From the NCBI GenBank assembly GCA_947474275.1, contig CANJHY010000001.1, forward strand, positions 274 to 64,273: a stretch of DNA of 64,000 nucleotides, read 5' to 3'. Positions 45,045-56,088 of the stretch are shown here, one piece after another; position 1 is the stretch's first letter; each line of letters opens with the position of its first letter. Made by a program: the position numbers and the translations under genes. The stretch is from Betaproteobacteria bacterium. Lineage in GTDB: Bacteria > Pseudomonadota > Gammaproteobacteria > Burkholderiales > SG8-41. The notes beneath the pieces are model-generated. The model was not told the DNA's origin. It was given only the letters and a program-made list of their open reading frames with translations, and ran no database searches.

Positions 45045-45437
45045 TCAGGCGTGCGCCGCCTCGCCCTGCCACAGCATGTCGTAGCCGAGTTCCGTGCTCT
45101 CGGAGCACAGGTTGGCCAGCGCGGAAAACTTGGATTTGAACACGCCGTCGGCGTGGGATTTTTCGTGCGCTTCGAACGAGCTCCAGTAGGTGACGATCGC
45201 AATGTGCGCGCCGGTGTTTTTGGTTTCGCACAGTGAGCCTTCGTCCGATACGAAGCCGGAAAATTTAAATACCTGGCCGGCGAGGAAGCCGCCTTTGTCG
45301 CCGCCATAAGTTGCCTTGACGGTGCTGCACATTTCGCCTATTGCCAGTTCCGCCTCGTCGAGACTGACGCCTGGTTTCAACTGAACGGTGTTGAACAGCA
45401 TCTTGGCCCCGTAGGGCAGAGTGACCGGATCGAACAT
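45045..45437 (-). CDS. hypothetical protein (possibly dimeric alpha-beta barrel/ABM-like)
   Basis: ATG 45437 with AAGGAGAAA upstream. No family firmly recognised. Confidence 0.5.
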   Translation of the reverse strand: MFDPVTLPYGAKMLFNTVQLKPGVSLDEAELAIGEMCSTVKATYGGDKGGFLAGQVFKFSGFVSDEGSLCETKNTGAHIAIVTYWSSFEAHEKSHADGVFKSKFSALANLCSESTELGYDMLWQGEAAHA

Positions 45438-45477
45438 GCGTTTCTCCTTGGCGTAATAAATTGGCTGCGCGGCGGCG

Positions 45478-46077
45478 TCAGCCGGCAGTAGCAAAAATCC
45501 GGCGCGTCGCGGCCAGTACGCCGCGCACGCCGCGCCACAGTTTCGGCAGCAGCCACGCCGTCAATGCTACCAGCAGGATGAGGATGACGAGCAGCGCCAG
45601 CGGGTATTTGAAGACAAACCACACCATGCCCGCCGCCAGCGCGTCTTCGGTGAACGAAGCGGCCCAGTTGCTGAACGGCTCGGGCGAAGTATTGATCAGC
45701 ACGCGGCTGCCGGCCTTGGTGAAATGTGCGCCCGCGGCAAAGGTGCCGCCCAGCAGTGCGGCGGCGAGCGCGAGGGCCGCGCTGTGGTCTGCCACGGCGG
45801 CAGCTGCGAGCAGCGCGCCGCCCGGTATGCGCACGAAGGTCTGGAACGCGTCCCAGATGCTGTCGAAACCGGGAATCTTGTCGGCGCCGAATTCGATGGC
45901 GAACAAGGTGCCGGCTGCCAGCATGACGGCGGGGTGGGTGAGAATTTCGAGGTCGGGCGGCAGCGCGATCACGCCGAAATAGCCCAGCGCGCCGAGAAAA
46001 AACAAAACCGCATAGAGCCTGAGCCCGCTCGCCCAGCCGAGGCCGGCCGCCATTGCTATCGGCGCAACGATGTCCAT
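45478..46077 (-). CDS. DUF4126-family membrane protein
   Basis: MDIVAPIAMAAGLGWASGLRLYA...FGADKIPGFDSIWD. Confidence 0.6.
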   Translation of the reverse strand: MDIVAPIAMAAGLGWASGLRLYAVLFFLGALGYFGVIALPPDLEILTHPAVMLAAGTLFAIEFGADKIPGFDSIWDAFQTFVRIPGGALLAAAAVADHSAALALAAALLGGTFAAGAHFTKAGSRVLINTSPEPFSNWAASFTEDALAAGMVWFVFKYPLALLVILILLVALTAWLLPKLWRGVRGVLAATRRIFATAG

Positions 46078-46144
46078 ATTGTGCGGCAGTGTAACCGCCG
46101 CTATGGCGGGCGGCAATCGGCGTCGCGGTCGCTACGCCTGTCCT

Positions 46145-47392
46145 TTACGGTTTGCTCACGCCGATGCGCAAGTAAGTCTCGCGGACGTCGGCGCGCAGGC
46201 GCGGCAGTTGCCGCCACAGCACGGCCGCGCCTATCACGCAGCACGCGCCGCCGAAGAACAGAGTATGGCCGGCGCCGATGCGGTGCGCGAGCGCGCCGGC
46301 GGCAAAGCTGCCGAGCGGGCCCATGCCGAGGAAAGCCATGGTGAAAAAGCTCATCACCCTGCCGCGCTTCTCGTCGGCGACTATGGTTTGCAGGATCATG
46401 CTGGTGCCCATGCCGACCAGTATGATGCCGAAGCCCGTCAGCATGATCGCCCCCAGCGACAGCCACAGCAGTGTCGATTCGGCGAACACCATCAGGCTCG
46501 CGCCCGCGAGCAGCCCGCCGAACACGATATGCTGCGTCAGACCGCGCACGTCCTTGCGGGCAGCGAGGTAAACAAGACCGCTGGAGCCGCCGAAGCCCGC
46601 GGCGCCGATCAGGAAGCCCAGCATGCGCGCATCGCCCTTGAATATTTCCGCGGCGAAGATCGGCATCAGGGCCTGGTACGGTGTCACCATGAAACTGACC
46701 AGCGCGACCATGGGCAGCAGTAATTTCACCGGCAGCAGGCTGGCAGCGTAGACCACGCCGTCCTTCAGCCCGTGCAGGATGGAAGCGCTGGCAGCCTTGG
46801 CGGAGCGTATGTCGATCTGCATCAGCGCCACGATCACGATGACGGCGATTTTGCTCACTCCGTTGGCGAGAAAACAGAACGCCTCGCTCGACACCGCGAT
46901 CAGGAGCCCGGCCACGCTGGGGCCTATCATGCGGCCGGCATTCTGGATGAAACCATTCATCGCGATGGCAGCCGGCAGGTCCTGTTTCGACGGCACCAGC
47001 TCGTAAACGAAAGACTGGCGCACCGGCGTGTCTGTCGCCATCACGATGCCGAGCAAAACGGCCATGACGAGTATGTGCCAGACCTCGATTAATCCCGAAT
47101 AGGTGAGCAGCGCCAGCACCAGGGCTTGCGCCAGTGCCAGCGCCTGGGTCGCGATCAACAGCTTGCGGCGGTCGAAACGGTCCGCCCACAAGCCCCCCAG
47201 CGGCGCGAAGAGCAGGATGGGGATCTGGCTGGCGAACGCGGTGACGCCGAGCAGGAAGGCCGAGCCGGTCATGCGGTAGACCAGCCAGCTCATGGCGACC
47301 TGCTGCACCCAGGTGCCCAGCAATGACAGCGACTGGCCGCAGAAATAAAGCCGGAAGTTGCGGTAGCGGAATGCGCGCAGCGCGTGGATCAT
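46145..47392 (-). CDS. MFS transporter (EntS/MFS_3-like)
   Basis: FRYRNFRLYFCGQSLSLLGTWVQ and about 12 hydrophobic segments. Confidence 0.8.
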   Translation of the reverse strand: MIHALRAFRYRNFRLYFCGQSLSLLGTWVQQVAMSWLVYRMTGSAFLLGVTAFASQIPILLFAPLGGLWADRFDRRKLLIATQALALAQALVLALLTYSGLIEVWHILVMAVLLGIVMATDTPVRQSFVYELVPSKQDLPAAIAMNGFIQNAGRMIGPSVAGLLIAVSSEAFCFLANGVSKIAVIVIVALMQIDIRSAKAASASILHGLKDGVVYAASLLPVKLLLPMVALVSFMVTPYQALMPIFAAEIFKGDARMLGFLIGAAGFGGSSGLVYLAARKDVRGLTQHIVFGGLLAGASLMVFAESTLLWLSLGAIMLTGFGIILVGMGTSMILQTIVADEKRGRVMSFFTMAFLGMGPLGSFAAGALAHRIGAGHTLFFGGACCVIGAAVLWRQLPRLRADVRETYLRIGVSKP

Positions 47393-47438
47393 GGCGCCGC
47401 CTGGGGGAGCGGAATATGTATAGAAGCCGGCGCGCCAG

Positions 47439-50400
47439 TCATCCCAACCGTTCGATCTGGGCGCGCAGTTTGGCCAGCGTCATTTCGAACTCCACGAGAC
47501 GCTGGCGTTCCTGATCGACCACCGCGGCAGGCGCCCGCTCGACGAACTTCGAATTGGCGAGCTTCGCCTGCGTTTTTCCGATTTCCCCGGCAATCCGCTC
47601 CATTTCCTTGCCGAGCCGCGCGCGTTCGGCCGCGGGATCGATTTCTATTTTGAGCATTAGCCTGTAGTCGTCGACGATCGAGACCGGCGCGTCGGCCTGC
47701 GGCAATTCGTCGACGATGGCGACTTCCGACAGCCGCGCCAGCGGTATCAGGTACTGCGTGATTGCGCCAAGAATCGCGCGGTCGCCCTGCGCCAGCAAGG
47801 GCACTTTTTGCTGCGGGCCGAGGTTCATTTCGCTGCGCAGCGTGCGGCACGCATTGGTGAGCTGCTTCAGAAGCGCGATGTGCTGTTCGGCCGCCTCGTC
47901 GATGCGGCCGGCGTCCGCCTGCGGGTATGGCTGCAGCATGATGCTGGCGCCGGTCTTGCCCGCGAGCGGCGCGACTTTTTGCCACAGTTCTTCGGTGATG
48001 AACGGGATGATCGGATGCGCAAGCCGCAAAGTGGCTTCCAGCACGCGCACAAGGGTGCGCCGGGTCGCGCGCTGCTGCGCTTCGTTGCCGCCGGCGATTT
48101 GCGCTTTGGCAAGTTCGACGTACCAGTCGCAGTACTCTTCCCACACGAATTCGTAAATCGCGCGCGCCGCGTTGTCGAAGCGGTATTCGCCGAAGCCTTT
48201 TTCAACCTCCTCTTCGGCGCGCTGCAGGCGGCTCGCAATCCAGCGATCGGCCATCGAGTATTCGAGGGGCAGCGCTTCGTCCAGCCCCACATCCTTGCCG
48301 TCGCAATTCATGAGCACGAAGCGCGTCGCGTTCCACAGCTTGTTGCAGAAATTGCGGTAGCCGTCGCAGCGGCCGAGATCGAAATTGAGCGTGCGTGCAA
48401 AGGTGGCGAGCGACGCGAAAGTGAAGCGCAGCGCATCGACGCCGAACGCCGGGATGCCGTCGGGATAGTTCTTGCGCAGATATTTCTCGATCTTCGCCTT
48501 GTGCTCGGCGCGCAGCAGGCTGACCGTCGACTTGGCCAGCAGAGCGTCAAGCGTGATGCCATCGATGAGGTCGAGCGGGTCGAGCGTATTGCCTTTCGAC
48601 TTCGACATCTTCTGGCCTTCGGCGTCGCGCACCAGGGCATTGATGTAGACGTGCCGGAACGGTACCTGGCCGGTGAAGTGCAGGGTCATCATGATCATGC
48701 GCGCGACCCAGAAGAAAATGATGTCGAAGCCGGTGACCAGCACCGATGACGGCAGGAAAGTCTCGAGGTCTTTGGCGGGTTGACCAACGGAGTCCGGCCA
48801 GCCGAGCGAGGTGAACGGCACCAGGGCGGACGAAAACCAGGTGTCGAGCACGTCGTCGTCGCGCCGCAATGCGCCGGTGTAGCCTCGGGCTGCGGCCTGC
48901 GCCCGCGCTTCGTCCTCGCTGCGGGCGACGTAGATGTTACCGTCATCGCCATACCACGCCGGGATCTGGTGGCCCCACCACAGCTGGCGCGAAATGCACC
49001 AGTCCTGGATGTTTTCCAGCCATTGGTTATAGGTCGTCGTCCAGTGCTCGGGGAAGAACTTGACGTCACCCCTGGCGACCGCATCGAGGCCGTTTTTGGC
49101 GAGCCCGTCCATCTTGACGTACCACTGGTCGGTCAGCATCGGCTCGACGATGACGCCGGTGCGGCCCGAGCGCGGCACGCGCAGTTTGTAAGGCTTTTCC
49201 GCGACCAGCAATTGCTGCGCGGCCAAATCCGCCAGCACGCGTTTGCGTGCTTCGAAGCGATCAAGGCCGCGATACTGCGCCGGCGCGTTGTCGTTGATGG
49301 TGGCGGTCAGCGTCAGGATATTGATCGGTTCGAGCCGGTGGCGTTGGCCGATTTGATAATCGTTGAAGTCATGCGCCGGCGTAATCTTGACACAGCCGGT
49401 GCCGAACTCGCGATCGACGTAAGTGTCGGCGATGATTGGTATGGTGCGGCCGGTCAATGGCAGCTGGACTTGCTTGCCGATCAACTCCAGGTAGCGCCAG
49501 TCCTCGGGGTGGACGGCCACGGCGACGTCGCCGAGCAGGGTTTCGGGCCGCGTGGTGGCGACAGTGAGCGCGCCGCTGCCGTCCGCGAGCGGGTATTTGA
49601 TTTCCCAGATCTTGCCGTCTTCCTCTTCGCTGTCGACTTCGAGATCGGACACGGCGGTGCCGAGCACCGGGTCCCAGTTGACGAGGCGCTTGCCGCGGTA
49701 GATCAGGCCTTCTTCGTGCAGGCGCACGAATACTTCGACGACGGCGCGCGACATGCGTTCGTCCATCGTGAAGTAGCCGCTGTTTTGTCCTTCGGTATCG
49801 GCGTAGCTCCAGTTGGCGGAGGTGCCGAGGCGCCGCATCTGGCGCGTGATGGTCGAGCCCGATTCCTGTTTCCATTCCCACACGCGCTTGATGAAGGCGT
49901 CGCGGCCGAGGTCATGCCGCGTTTTGCCCTGCGCTTCAAGCTGGCGCTCGACGACGATCTGGGTTGCGATGCCGGCGTGGTCGGTGCCGACCACCCAGTT
50001 GGTGTTATAGCCGCGCATGCGGTGATAGCGCACGAGGGCATCCATCAGAGTCTGCTGGAACGCGTGTCCCATGTGCAGCGTGCCGGTGACGTTCGGCGGC
50101 GGCAGTTGTATGCAGTACGCGGGTTGCACGGTGTCGCCGGACTGCGCGAAATAGCCGCGGCTTTCCCATTCGGCATACCAGCGGTCTTCTATCGCGCGGG
50201 GCTCAAAGCTCTTGGCCAGTTCCATAGTTGCGGCGGGGGGCGCGGAAAAATTGCGCATTATACCGGACGCCTGCGGCGCATCCGCGGGGGTTGCAGGTGC
50301 GGTCGGCGCCGCGGGTGCGGACGGCGGGCGATCGGCGAGCTGCAGCTGCTGCAGCTGTTTTTGCAAAGTTTCCTCGATCGAGGCGCGCACCATGGCGTTG

Positions 50401-50861
50401 ATGTTGGTCTTCAATTCATCGCTGATTTTGTGCAGGGCCTGATCGAGCGCGCCGGCGACGTCCGGCATGAAGCGGTTTTGCAGTACCGCGGCGATTTGCG
50501 TGTCGAGTCCCTGCTTCAGTTTTTGATAAATGCCATCCTCGAGGTCCTGCGTCTGCACCGGCAAATTGACGTCGGCGCTCCGCGGTGGCGTTGCTTTTGG
50601 CGATTCCAGCGCCGGTGCCGGTGCCGGTGCAGGCATGCCCACGCTGGCTGCGGGCGGCGTCTGCAGCGGTGGCGCCACGATGTCTGTCAAAGTCGGAATT
50701 GCCGCGGTGTCGAGGTTGCCGGCGACGGCCTCGGTCAGCGTCGGAATGTCGCGCGGGTCGGCCGCCGGCGCGACGGCTGCGCGGTGCCGGTTGAGCAGCG
50801 CATCGGCGCGGCCCAGCACGTCATCTGCCGGGCGCCCGTCGTTGTCGCCCTGATTGCTCAT
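47439..50861 (-). CDS. valS: valine--tRNA ligase with about 212-aa in-frame N-terminal extension (canonical ValS start MELAKSFEP at 50225)
   Basis: Class I aaRS HIGH ([12 protein letters not shown]) and KMSKS motifs, with a coiled-coil tail. The frame stays open with GC3-rich codons up to ATG 50861, 14 nt after holC. Confidence 0.85.
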   Translation of the reverse strand: MSNQGDNDGRPADDVLGRADALLNRHRAAVAPAADPRDIPTLTEAVAGNLDTAAIPTLTDIVAPPLQTPPAASVGMPAPAPAPALESPKATPPRSADVNLPVQTQDLEDGIYQKLKQGLDTQIAAVLQNRFMPDVAGALDQALHKISDELKTNINAMVRASIEETLQKQLQQLQLADRPPSAPAAPTAPATPADAPQASGIMRNFSAPPAATMELAKSFEPRAIEDRWYAEWESRGYFAQSGDTVQPAYCIQLPPPNVTGTLHMGHAFQQTLMDALVRYHRMRGYNTNWVVGTDHAGIATQIVVERQLEAQGKTRHDLGRDAFIKRVWEWKQESGSTITRQMRRLGTSANWSYADTEGQNSGYFTMDERMSRAVVEVFVRLHEEGLIYRGKRLVNWDPVLGTAVSDLEVDSEEEDGKIWEIKYPLADGSGALTVATTRPETLLGDVAVAVHPEDWRYLELIGKQVQLPLTGRTIPIIADTYVDREFGTGCVKITPAHDFNDYQIGQRHRLEPINILTLTATINDNAPAQYRGLDRFEARKRVLADLAAQQLLVAEKPYKLRVPRSGRTGVIVEPMLTDQWYVKMDGLAKNGLDAVARGDVKFFPEHWTTTYNQWLENIQDWCISRQLWWGHQIPAWYGDDGNIYVARSEDEARAQAAARGYTGALRRDDDVLDTWFSSALVPFTSLGWPDSVGQPAKDLETFLPSSVLVTGFDIIFFWVARMIMMTLHFTGQVPFRHVYINALVRDAEGQKMSKSKGNTLDPLDLIDGITLDALLAKSTVSLLRAEHKAKIEKYLRKNYPDGIPAFGVDALRFTFASLATFARTLNFDLGRCDGYRNFCNKLWNATRFVLMNCDGKDVGLDEALPLEYSMADRWIASRLQRAEEEVEKGFGEYRFDNAARAIYEFVWEEYCDWYVELAKAQIAGGNEAQQRATRRTLVRVLEATLRLAHPIIPFITEELWQKVAPLAGKTGASIMLQPYPQADAGRIDEAAEQHIALLKQLTNACRTLRSEMNLGPQQKVPLLAQGDRAILGAITQYLIPLARLSEVAIVDELPQADAPVSIVDDYRLMLKIEIDPAAERARLGKEMERIAGEIGKTQAKLANSKFVERAPAAVVDQERQRLVEFEMTLAKLRAQIERLG

Positions 50862-50874
50862 TGCCGCGCGCGCA

Positions 50875-51303
50875 TTACTGCGGGCTCTTGGAGAGGTCGT
50901 GGCTCTGGATCGCGTAGCCGCGGTCGCGGTAGAACTTGAAACGCTCGCGCGCCTGGCCGCGGTCTTGCTCGTCGAGGCTGACGATTTCGATCAGGCGCTG
51001 AAAGCGGCTGAAGAAAGGCGGCCATTCGGCGCGCAGATTAATCAGCACCTCGTCGTGCAGCGGATCGGCCCCGTCGTGATCGACGATGACCGGCGTGACC
51101 GCCGCGAGAGGATCGCCCGGCGTGCAGTGCGGAATGAAGCTCACCGCCTGCGCCGTCCACAGCACGCGGCTGAATCGCTGGCTCGCGTCGGCATCCGCGC
51201 AGAAAGCGAGCACCCGCATGCCGCGCGCGCAGGCCTTGGCGCTCAACGCGCACGCGGTCTGCAGCTTGTTCTCGACGTGAAAATAAAAGTCGATCTGGGT
51301 CAT
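50875..51303 (-). CDS. holC: DNA polymerase III chi subunit
   Basis: MTQIDFYFH... at 142 aa, in the conserved pepA-holC-valS position. Confidence 0.85.
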   Translation of the reverse strand: MTQIDFYFHVENKLQTACALSAKACARGMRVLAFCADADASQRFSRVLWTAQAVSFIPHCTPGDPLAAVTPVIVDHDGADPLHDEVLINLRAEWPPFFSRFQRLIEIVSLDEQDRGQARERFKFYRDRGYAIQSHDLSKSPQ

Positions 51304-51376
51304 GAAGGCAGGATGCAGGATTCAGCGGTATCGCGAACGGGACAGCATGAATTCAAGGTCGGTCCTGACGGTTCAA

Positions 51377-52864
51377 TCAGCTTTTTGCAGCGCGGTCGAT
51401 CAGGTATTGCGTGAGCAGCGGCACGGGCCGTCCGGTCGCGCCCTTGGCGGCGCCGGATTTCCACGCGACACCGGCGATGTCCAGATGTGCCCATTTGAAT
51501 TTCTTGGTGAAGCGCGCCAGAAAACAGGCTGCCGTGACGCTGCCGGCAGGCCGCCCGCCGATGTTGGCGAAATCGGCGAAGTTGCTCTTTAACTGCTCCT
51601 GGTAATCGTCCCACAGCGGCAAATGCCAGGCGCGGTCGTGCGTGGTCTGCCCGGCGGCAAGCAGTTCCTGCGCAAGGGCGTCGTCGTTGGCAAAGAGGCC
51701 GCTGGCGACGTGGCCGAGCGCAATCACGCAGGCGCCGGTGAGGGTGGCGATGTCGACGACGGCCTGCGGCTCGAAGCGCTCCGCGTAAGTCAGCGCGTCG
51801 CACAGGATGAGGCGGCCTTCGGCGTCGGTGTTGAGGATTTCCACCGTCAGGCCCGACATGCTGGTGACGATGTCGCCGGGTTTGGTGGCGCTGCCGCCCG
51901 GCATGTTTTCGGTAGCGGGAACGATGCCGATGACGTTGATCGGCAGCTTGAGTTCGGCGACCGCGCGCAGCGTGCCGAGCACGCTCGCCGCGCCGCACAT
52001 GTCGAATTTCATTTCGTCCATTTCGGGCGCCGGCTTCAGCGAGATGCCGCCGGTGTCGAAAGTGACGCCTTTGCCGACCAGAGCGTAAGGTTTCTGGCCG
52101 CGCGGCCCGCCCTCGTACTTGAGCACGATGAGCTTGGGCGGTTCGTCACTGCCGCGCGCCACCGACAGGAGAGAACCCATGCCGAGCTTTTCCATGTCTT
52201 TGCGCTCGAGCACCTGCACGCCCAGCTTGTATTGCCTGGCAAGCGTGCGGGCGGCGTCCGCGAGATATGCCGGCGTGCACACGTTGCCCGGCAGGTTGCC
52301 GAGGTCTTTGGCGAGGCTCATGCCGTGCGCGATCGCAGCGCCTTGCTTCAACCCGCTTTGGCCCGCCTTGAGTTCGCTGCGCTCGCCGACCAGCAACGTC
52401 AAATGCCGCACGCCGCGCGCCTGCTCGCGTTTGCTTTTCATGCGATCGAAGTGATAAGCCGCGTCGCTGGCGGCGATGGCCGCCTGGGCAGCGCGCCAGG
52501 CGATATCGCGCTGTTTGACGCCCGCCGACAGGCACAGCACAGCGTCGGTGACGCCGGTTTGTTTCAGCGCGGCGATGGCCTTGGTGACGGCGCTGCGATA
52601 TTTGCCATCGTCGAATTCGCGTTCGCGGCCGAGCCCGACGAGCAGCACGCGGGCAGCGGAGACGCGCGGCACCTGGTGCAGCATCAGCGTGGTGCCGGCC
52701 TTGCCTTCCATGTCGCCGCGTTTCAGCGCCGCGGTCAGCTGTCCGCGCGATGCGCGATCGAGAGAGGCGCCAGCCGCCGACAGCTTGCGCGGTTCGAATA
52801 CCCCGATGATGATGCAACCGCTGCGGATGCGCTCCGGGCCACCGCTTTTTATGCTAAATTCCAC
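51377..52864 (-). CDS. pepA: leucyl aminopeptidase
   Basis: M17 family motifs: VGKGVTFDTGGISLKP and NTDAEGRLILCDAL. Confidence 0.92.
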   Translation of the reverse strand: MEFSIKSGGPERIRSGCIIIGVFEPRKLSAAGASLDRASRGQLTAALKRGDMEGKAGTTLMLHQVPRVSAARVLLVGLGREREFDDGKYRSAVTKAIAALKQTGVTDAVLCLSAGVKQRDIAWRAAQAAIAASDAAYHFDRMKSKREQARGVRHLTLLVGERSELKAGQSGLKQGAAIAHGMSLAKDLGNLPGNVCTPAYLADAARTLARQYKLGVQVLERKDMEKLGMGSLLSVARGSDEPPKLIVLKYEGGPRGQKPYALVGKGVTFDTGGISLKPAPEMDEMKFDMCGAASVLGTLRAVAELKLPINVIGIVPATENMPGGSATKPGDIVTSMSGLTVEILNTDAEGRLILCDALTYAERFEPQAVVDIATLTGACVIALGHVASGLFANDDALAQELLAAGQTTHDRAWHLPLWDDYQEQLKSNFADFANIGGRPAGSVTAACFLARFTKKFKWAHLDIAGVAWKSGAAKGATGRPVPLLTQYLIDRAAKS

Positions 52865-52943
52865 GCCGTTCTCCTGAGGATTAGTCGTTACGGGATATCA
52901 CTGATTATCTTCGCTATCCGGGCAAAAATCAAAGCGCGTCCGC

Positions 52944-54026
52944 GTGAAAATATTTCATAATTCGCTGGTGCGGGAATGCGCCGGTACCGCGATCGCGACG
53001 TTCGTGGTGCTGCTCGGCATTACGGTGACGACGCAGCTGGTGCGTTTCCTCGGACTCGCTGCCGGCGGCTCGATCACGTTTACCGGTGTTTTCGCGCTGC
53101 TGGCGCTCACCTCCTTCAACTACCTGCCGGTATTGCTGTCGCTGACGCTGTTCATAGCGGTGCTGATGACGCTGACGCGCAGTTACCGCGATTCCGAGAT
53201 GATCGTCTGGTTCAGCGCGGGGATGAGCCTCACGCGCTGGGTGCGTCCGGTGCTGTCGTTCGCGGTGCCCATCGTGATCCTGGTCGCGCTGTTAAGCCTG
53301 CTGCTGTCGCCGTGGGCGATCACCAAGAGTGAAGAGTTCAGGAACTACATGGACAACCGCGACGACGTGACGCAGGTGACGCCCGGCGTATTTCGCGAGT
53401 CGAAACAAAGTGAGCGAGTGTTTTTCGTCGAGAACGTCAACGAAGGCGAGAACATGGTCGCCAACGTGTTCGTAAGTTCCACGCAGCACCATAAAACCGG
53501 CGTGATGGTCGCCAAGCGCGGCTTCATGCAGACCGTCGAGAACGGCGACCGCTTCCTCGTGCTGTTGAACGGCCGGCGCTACGAAGGCACTCCGGGCACC
53601 ACCGATTACAAGGTCAGCGAATTCGAGCGCTACGCGATGCGCATCGAAGCGCGCGAAGCCAAGGCATCGACGCCGTCCGCCAAGTCGCTGCCGACGCTGG
53701 CGCTGCTGCGCGACCCGAATCCGCTCAATCAGGGTGAGTTCGCCTGGCGCATCGGGCTGCCGCTGTCGGCGCTGATACTGGCGCTGCTGGCAATTCCGCT
53801 GTCTTTTGTCAATCCGCGAGCGGGGCGGTCGCTCAATCTCGTGATGGCGATCCTGGTCTACATGATTTACAACAACGTCATCAGCATCGCCCAGGCGTGG
53901 ATCGCGCAGCAGCGCGTGAGCCTTCCTGTCGGCGTGCTGGGCGTGCACGCGATCATGATCGTTCTCCTGTTGCTGCTCTTTTGCCGGCGCCTGACGCTGT
54001 TCTCGGTGTTTCGTTTCCTCAAATGA
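52944..54026 (+). CDS. lptF: LPS export ABC permease LptF
   Basis: GTG start, YjgP/YjgQ-type topology, divergent from pepA as in many proteobacteria. Confidence 0.85.
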   Translation: MKIFHNSLVRECAGTAIATFVVLLGITVTTQLVRFLGLAAGGSITFTGVFALLALTSFNYLPVLLSLTLFIAVLMTLTRSYRDSEMIVWFSAGMSLTRWVRPVLSFAVPIVILVALLSLLLSPWAITKSEEFRNYMDNRDDVTQVTPGVFRESKQSERVFFVENVNEGENMVANVFVSSTQHHKTGVMVAKRGFMQTVENGDRFLVLLNGRRYEGTPGTTDYKVSEFERYAMRIEAREAKASTPSAKSLPTLALLRDPNPLNQGEFAWRIGLPLSALILALLAIPLSFVNPRAGRSLNLVMAILVYMIYNNVISIAQAWIAQQRVSLPVGVLGVHAIMIVLLLLLFCRRLTLFSVFRFLK

Positions 54027-55096
54027 AAATCATCCGGCGCTACCTGTCGGCCGAGATAACCACGTCCACGCTGCTGGTGTTCGCGGCGCTGCTGATGCTG
54101 TTGGCGCTCTTTGACCTGATTCACGAGTTGGGCGAAATCGGCAAGGGCAGCTACCGGCTGCCGCATATTTTTGCGTACGTGTTGCTGAGCGTGCCGGGCC
54201 ACATTTACGAACTGTTCCCGATTGCGGCGCTGATCGGCACGCTGTTCGCGCTGGCCCAGCTCGTCGCCAATTCCGAATACACGGTGATGCGGGTTTCCGG
54301 CGTCTCGATACCGCGCATGGCGCTGACGCTGGTCGAGGTCGGGCTCTTGTTTTCCGTGCTGACTTTTGTCATCGGGGAGTTCATCGCGCCGCCCGCCGAG
54401 CAATTCGCCCAGCAGTTGCGCGCCAAGGCAATTACCGGAGTGATCGCGCAGGAATTCCGCTCCGGCTTGTGGGTCAAGGACGACCGCAGTTTCGTCAACG
54501 TCGCCCAGGTGCTGCCCGAGTCGGTGTTGCAGGGCGTGAAGATTTACGAATTCGACCCCGATCACCGGTTGCGCCGGATCAGTCTCGCGCAGCGCGCCGA
54601 ATACCGGCAAGGCAATACCTGGCGTCTGCACGAAGTGGTGCAGACCAATTTCGAGAACGACAATATGACGGTGGACCGCATCGCCGAAGCCGACTGGCAT
54701 TCGGTACTGGAGCCGGGCTTGTTGAGCGTGCTCATGCTGGTGCCGGAGCAGATGTCGGCGTGGGCGTTGTACTCGTTCGTGCAGCATTTGCGCGAGAACA
54801 ACCAGCAGACATCGCGCCACGAGATCGCGTTCTGGAACAAGCTGATCTATCCGTTCGCGGTGCTGGTGATGATGGTGCTGGCTCTGCCGTTCGCTTATTA
54901 CCAGCAGCGCGCCGGCGGGGTTGGCGGCAAGTTGTTCGCGGGCATCATGCTCGGCATCGGTTTCTGGATGCTCGGGCGTTTGTTTACTTACCTCGGGTTG
55001 CTGCGCGACTGGCCGCCGTTCTGGAGTGCGATCCTGCCGACGCTGATGTTTCTCAGCCTGGCGATGGTGATGATGTGGTGGGGGGAGAGAAGGTAA
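54023..55096 (+). CDS. lptG: LPS export ABC permease LptG
   Basis: ATG 54023 overlaps the lptF stop (ATGA). MKIIRRYLSAEI... Confidence 0.85.
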   Translation: MKIIRRYLSAEITTSTLLVFAALLMLLALFDLIHELGEIGKGSYRLPHIFAYVLLSVPGHIYELFPIAALIGTLFALAQLVANSEYTVMRVSGVSIPRMALTLVEVGLLFSVLTFVIGEFIAPPAEQFAQQLRAKAITGVIAQEFRSGLWVKDDRSFVNVAQVLPESVLQGVKIYEFDPDHRLRRISLAQRAEYRQGNTWRLHEVVQTNFENDNMTVDRIAEADWHSVLEPGLLSVLMLVPEQMSAWALYSFVQHLRENNQQTSRHEIAFWNKLIYPFAVLVMMVLALPFAYYQQRAGGVGGKLFAGIMLGIGFWMLGRLFTYLGLLRDWPPFWSAILPTLMFLSLAMVMMWWGERR

Positions 55097-55183
55097 GGCG
55101 GAAGGATGAGGGATGAAGGATGGATAAGAAACCTGAGCGCCCTTAGGCAGTCACTGATCCTTCCGCCTTCATCCTTCCGCCTT
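55095..55183. repeat. 15-bp perfect inverted repeat (aaggcggaaggatga / tcatccttccgcctt) between convergent lptG and the RDD gene; candidate bidirectional terminator
   Basis: Arms at 55095-55109 and 55169-55183. The right arm region also contains a direct duplication of ccttccgccttc. Confidence 0.6.
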
Positions 55184-55619
55184 CGTCTTTAATGAGCCGC
55201 GTGCCCGCCAGCCGGTCGTGCAGAAACTGGCGGTCACGGTCGCCGAGCGCCCACCAAAAGCCGACGCCGCACAAGGCGGTTCCCACGAGCGCGAACAGGT
55301 AGCGCTGTGCCGCTTTTTTCACTGGAATTGCTGCGCCGTCGTTCATCACCAGACGGATGTGCCACGTTTTCATCGGCAGGGTTTGTCCGCTGTGCGTCCA
55401 GCAATAGATAAAGTACGCCGCGGTAATGGCGAGCAGATACGCCTGGAACAGCGGGCGGGCGAGCGCGACCGGGAGCAGGGGATTGATGACCAGGAATAAC
55501 CAGGCGGCGATAAACAATATCGCCGTCAGCAGCAGCATTTCGTAGCACAGGCTGCCCAGGCGTCGTCCCATGCGTGCAGCGGCAACCGGGGCAGCGGCGG
55601 GCGCCGCATGGTCTTTCAA
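55143..55619 (-). CDS. RDD-family membrane protein
   Basis: GRRLGSLCYEMLLL... and TM segments. An alternative start is at 55571. Confidence 0.65.
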   Translation of the reverse strand: MKDHAAPAAAPVAAARMGRRLGSLCYEMLLLTAILFIAAWLFLVINPLLPVALARPLFQAYLLAITAAYFIYCWTHSGQTLPMKTWHIRLVMNDGAAIPVKKAAQRYLFALVGTALCGVGFWWALGDRDRQFLHDRLAGTRLIKDEGGRMKAEGSVTA

Positions 55620-55635
55620 GCGGGAGAGTTCGCAG

Positions 55636-56088
55636 CTACTGCGAGGTGGTGGTTGCCGAGCTGTCGGTAGCGGGCTCGACCTTGGGGGCCAGCGATTGCT
55701 GGTACTGCTGCCATTGCGCCTTGACCTGCTCGCGTTTTTCGGGCGGCAATTTCTTGATGGTCTTGTAATTTTCGCGCGCGACGCGGCGCTGCTCCGGCGT
55801 GAGCTTGGCCCAGTCTTTCATTTGCGCCTGCAGCCGCTGCTGCTGCTCCGGTTTCATTTTCGGATAGGCTTTCGCGACCTTGACCCATTTGGCGCGGCGC
55901 AGGGTGTCGAGTTCTTTCCAGTCGTCCTTGAGCGGCGCCAGCACGGTCTGCTGCGCCGGGGTCAGCTCCGTCCACTCGGGCTTGGCCGGTTTGGGCTGAA
56001 CGGCTGCTTTGGGCTGGAGGGGCGCGGCGGCAATGACCGGGGCGGCGAGGCTCAGACCCAGAACTATTGCGACGAGCGCTTTAACCAT
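55636..56088 (-). CDS. DUF3106-family periplasmic protein
   Basis: Signal peptide and repeated W..L.PEQQ..L helices. Confidence 0.65.
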   Translation of the reverse strand: MVKALVAIVLGLSLAAPVIAAAPLQPKAAVQPKPAKPEWTELTPAQQTVLAPLKDDWKELDTLRRAKWVKVAKAYPKMKPEQQQRLQAQMKDWAKLTPEQRRVARENYKTIKKLPPEKREQVKAQWQQYQQSLAPKVEPATDSSATTTSQ

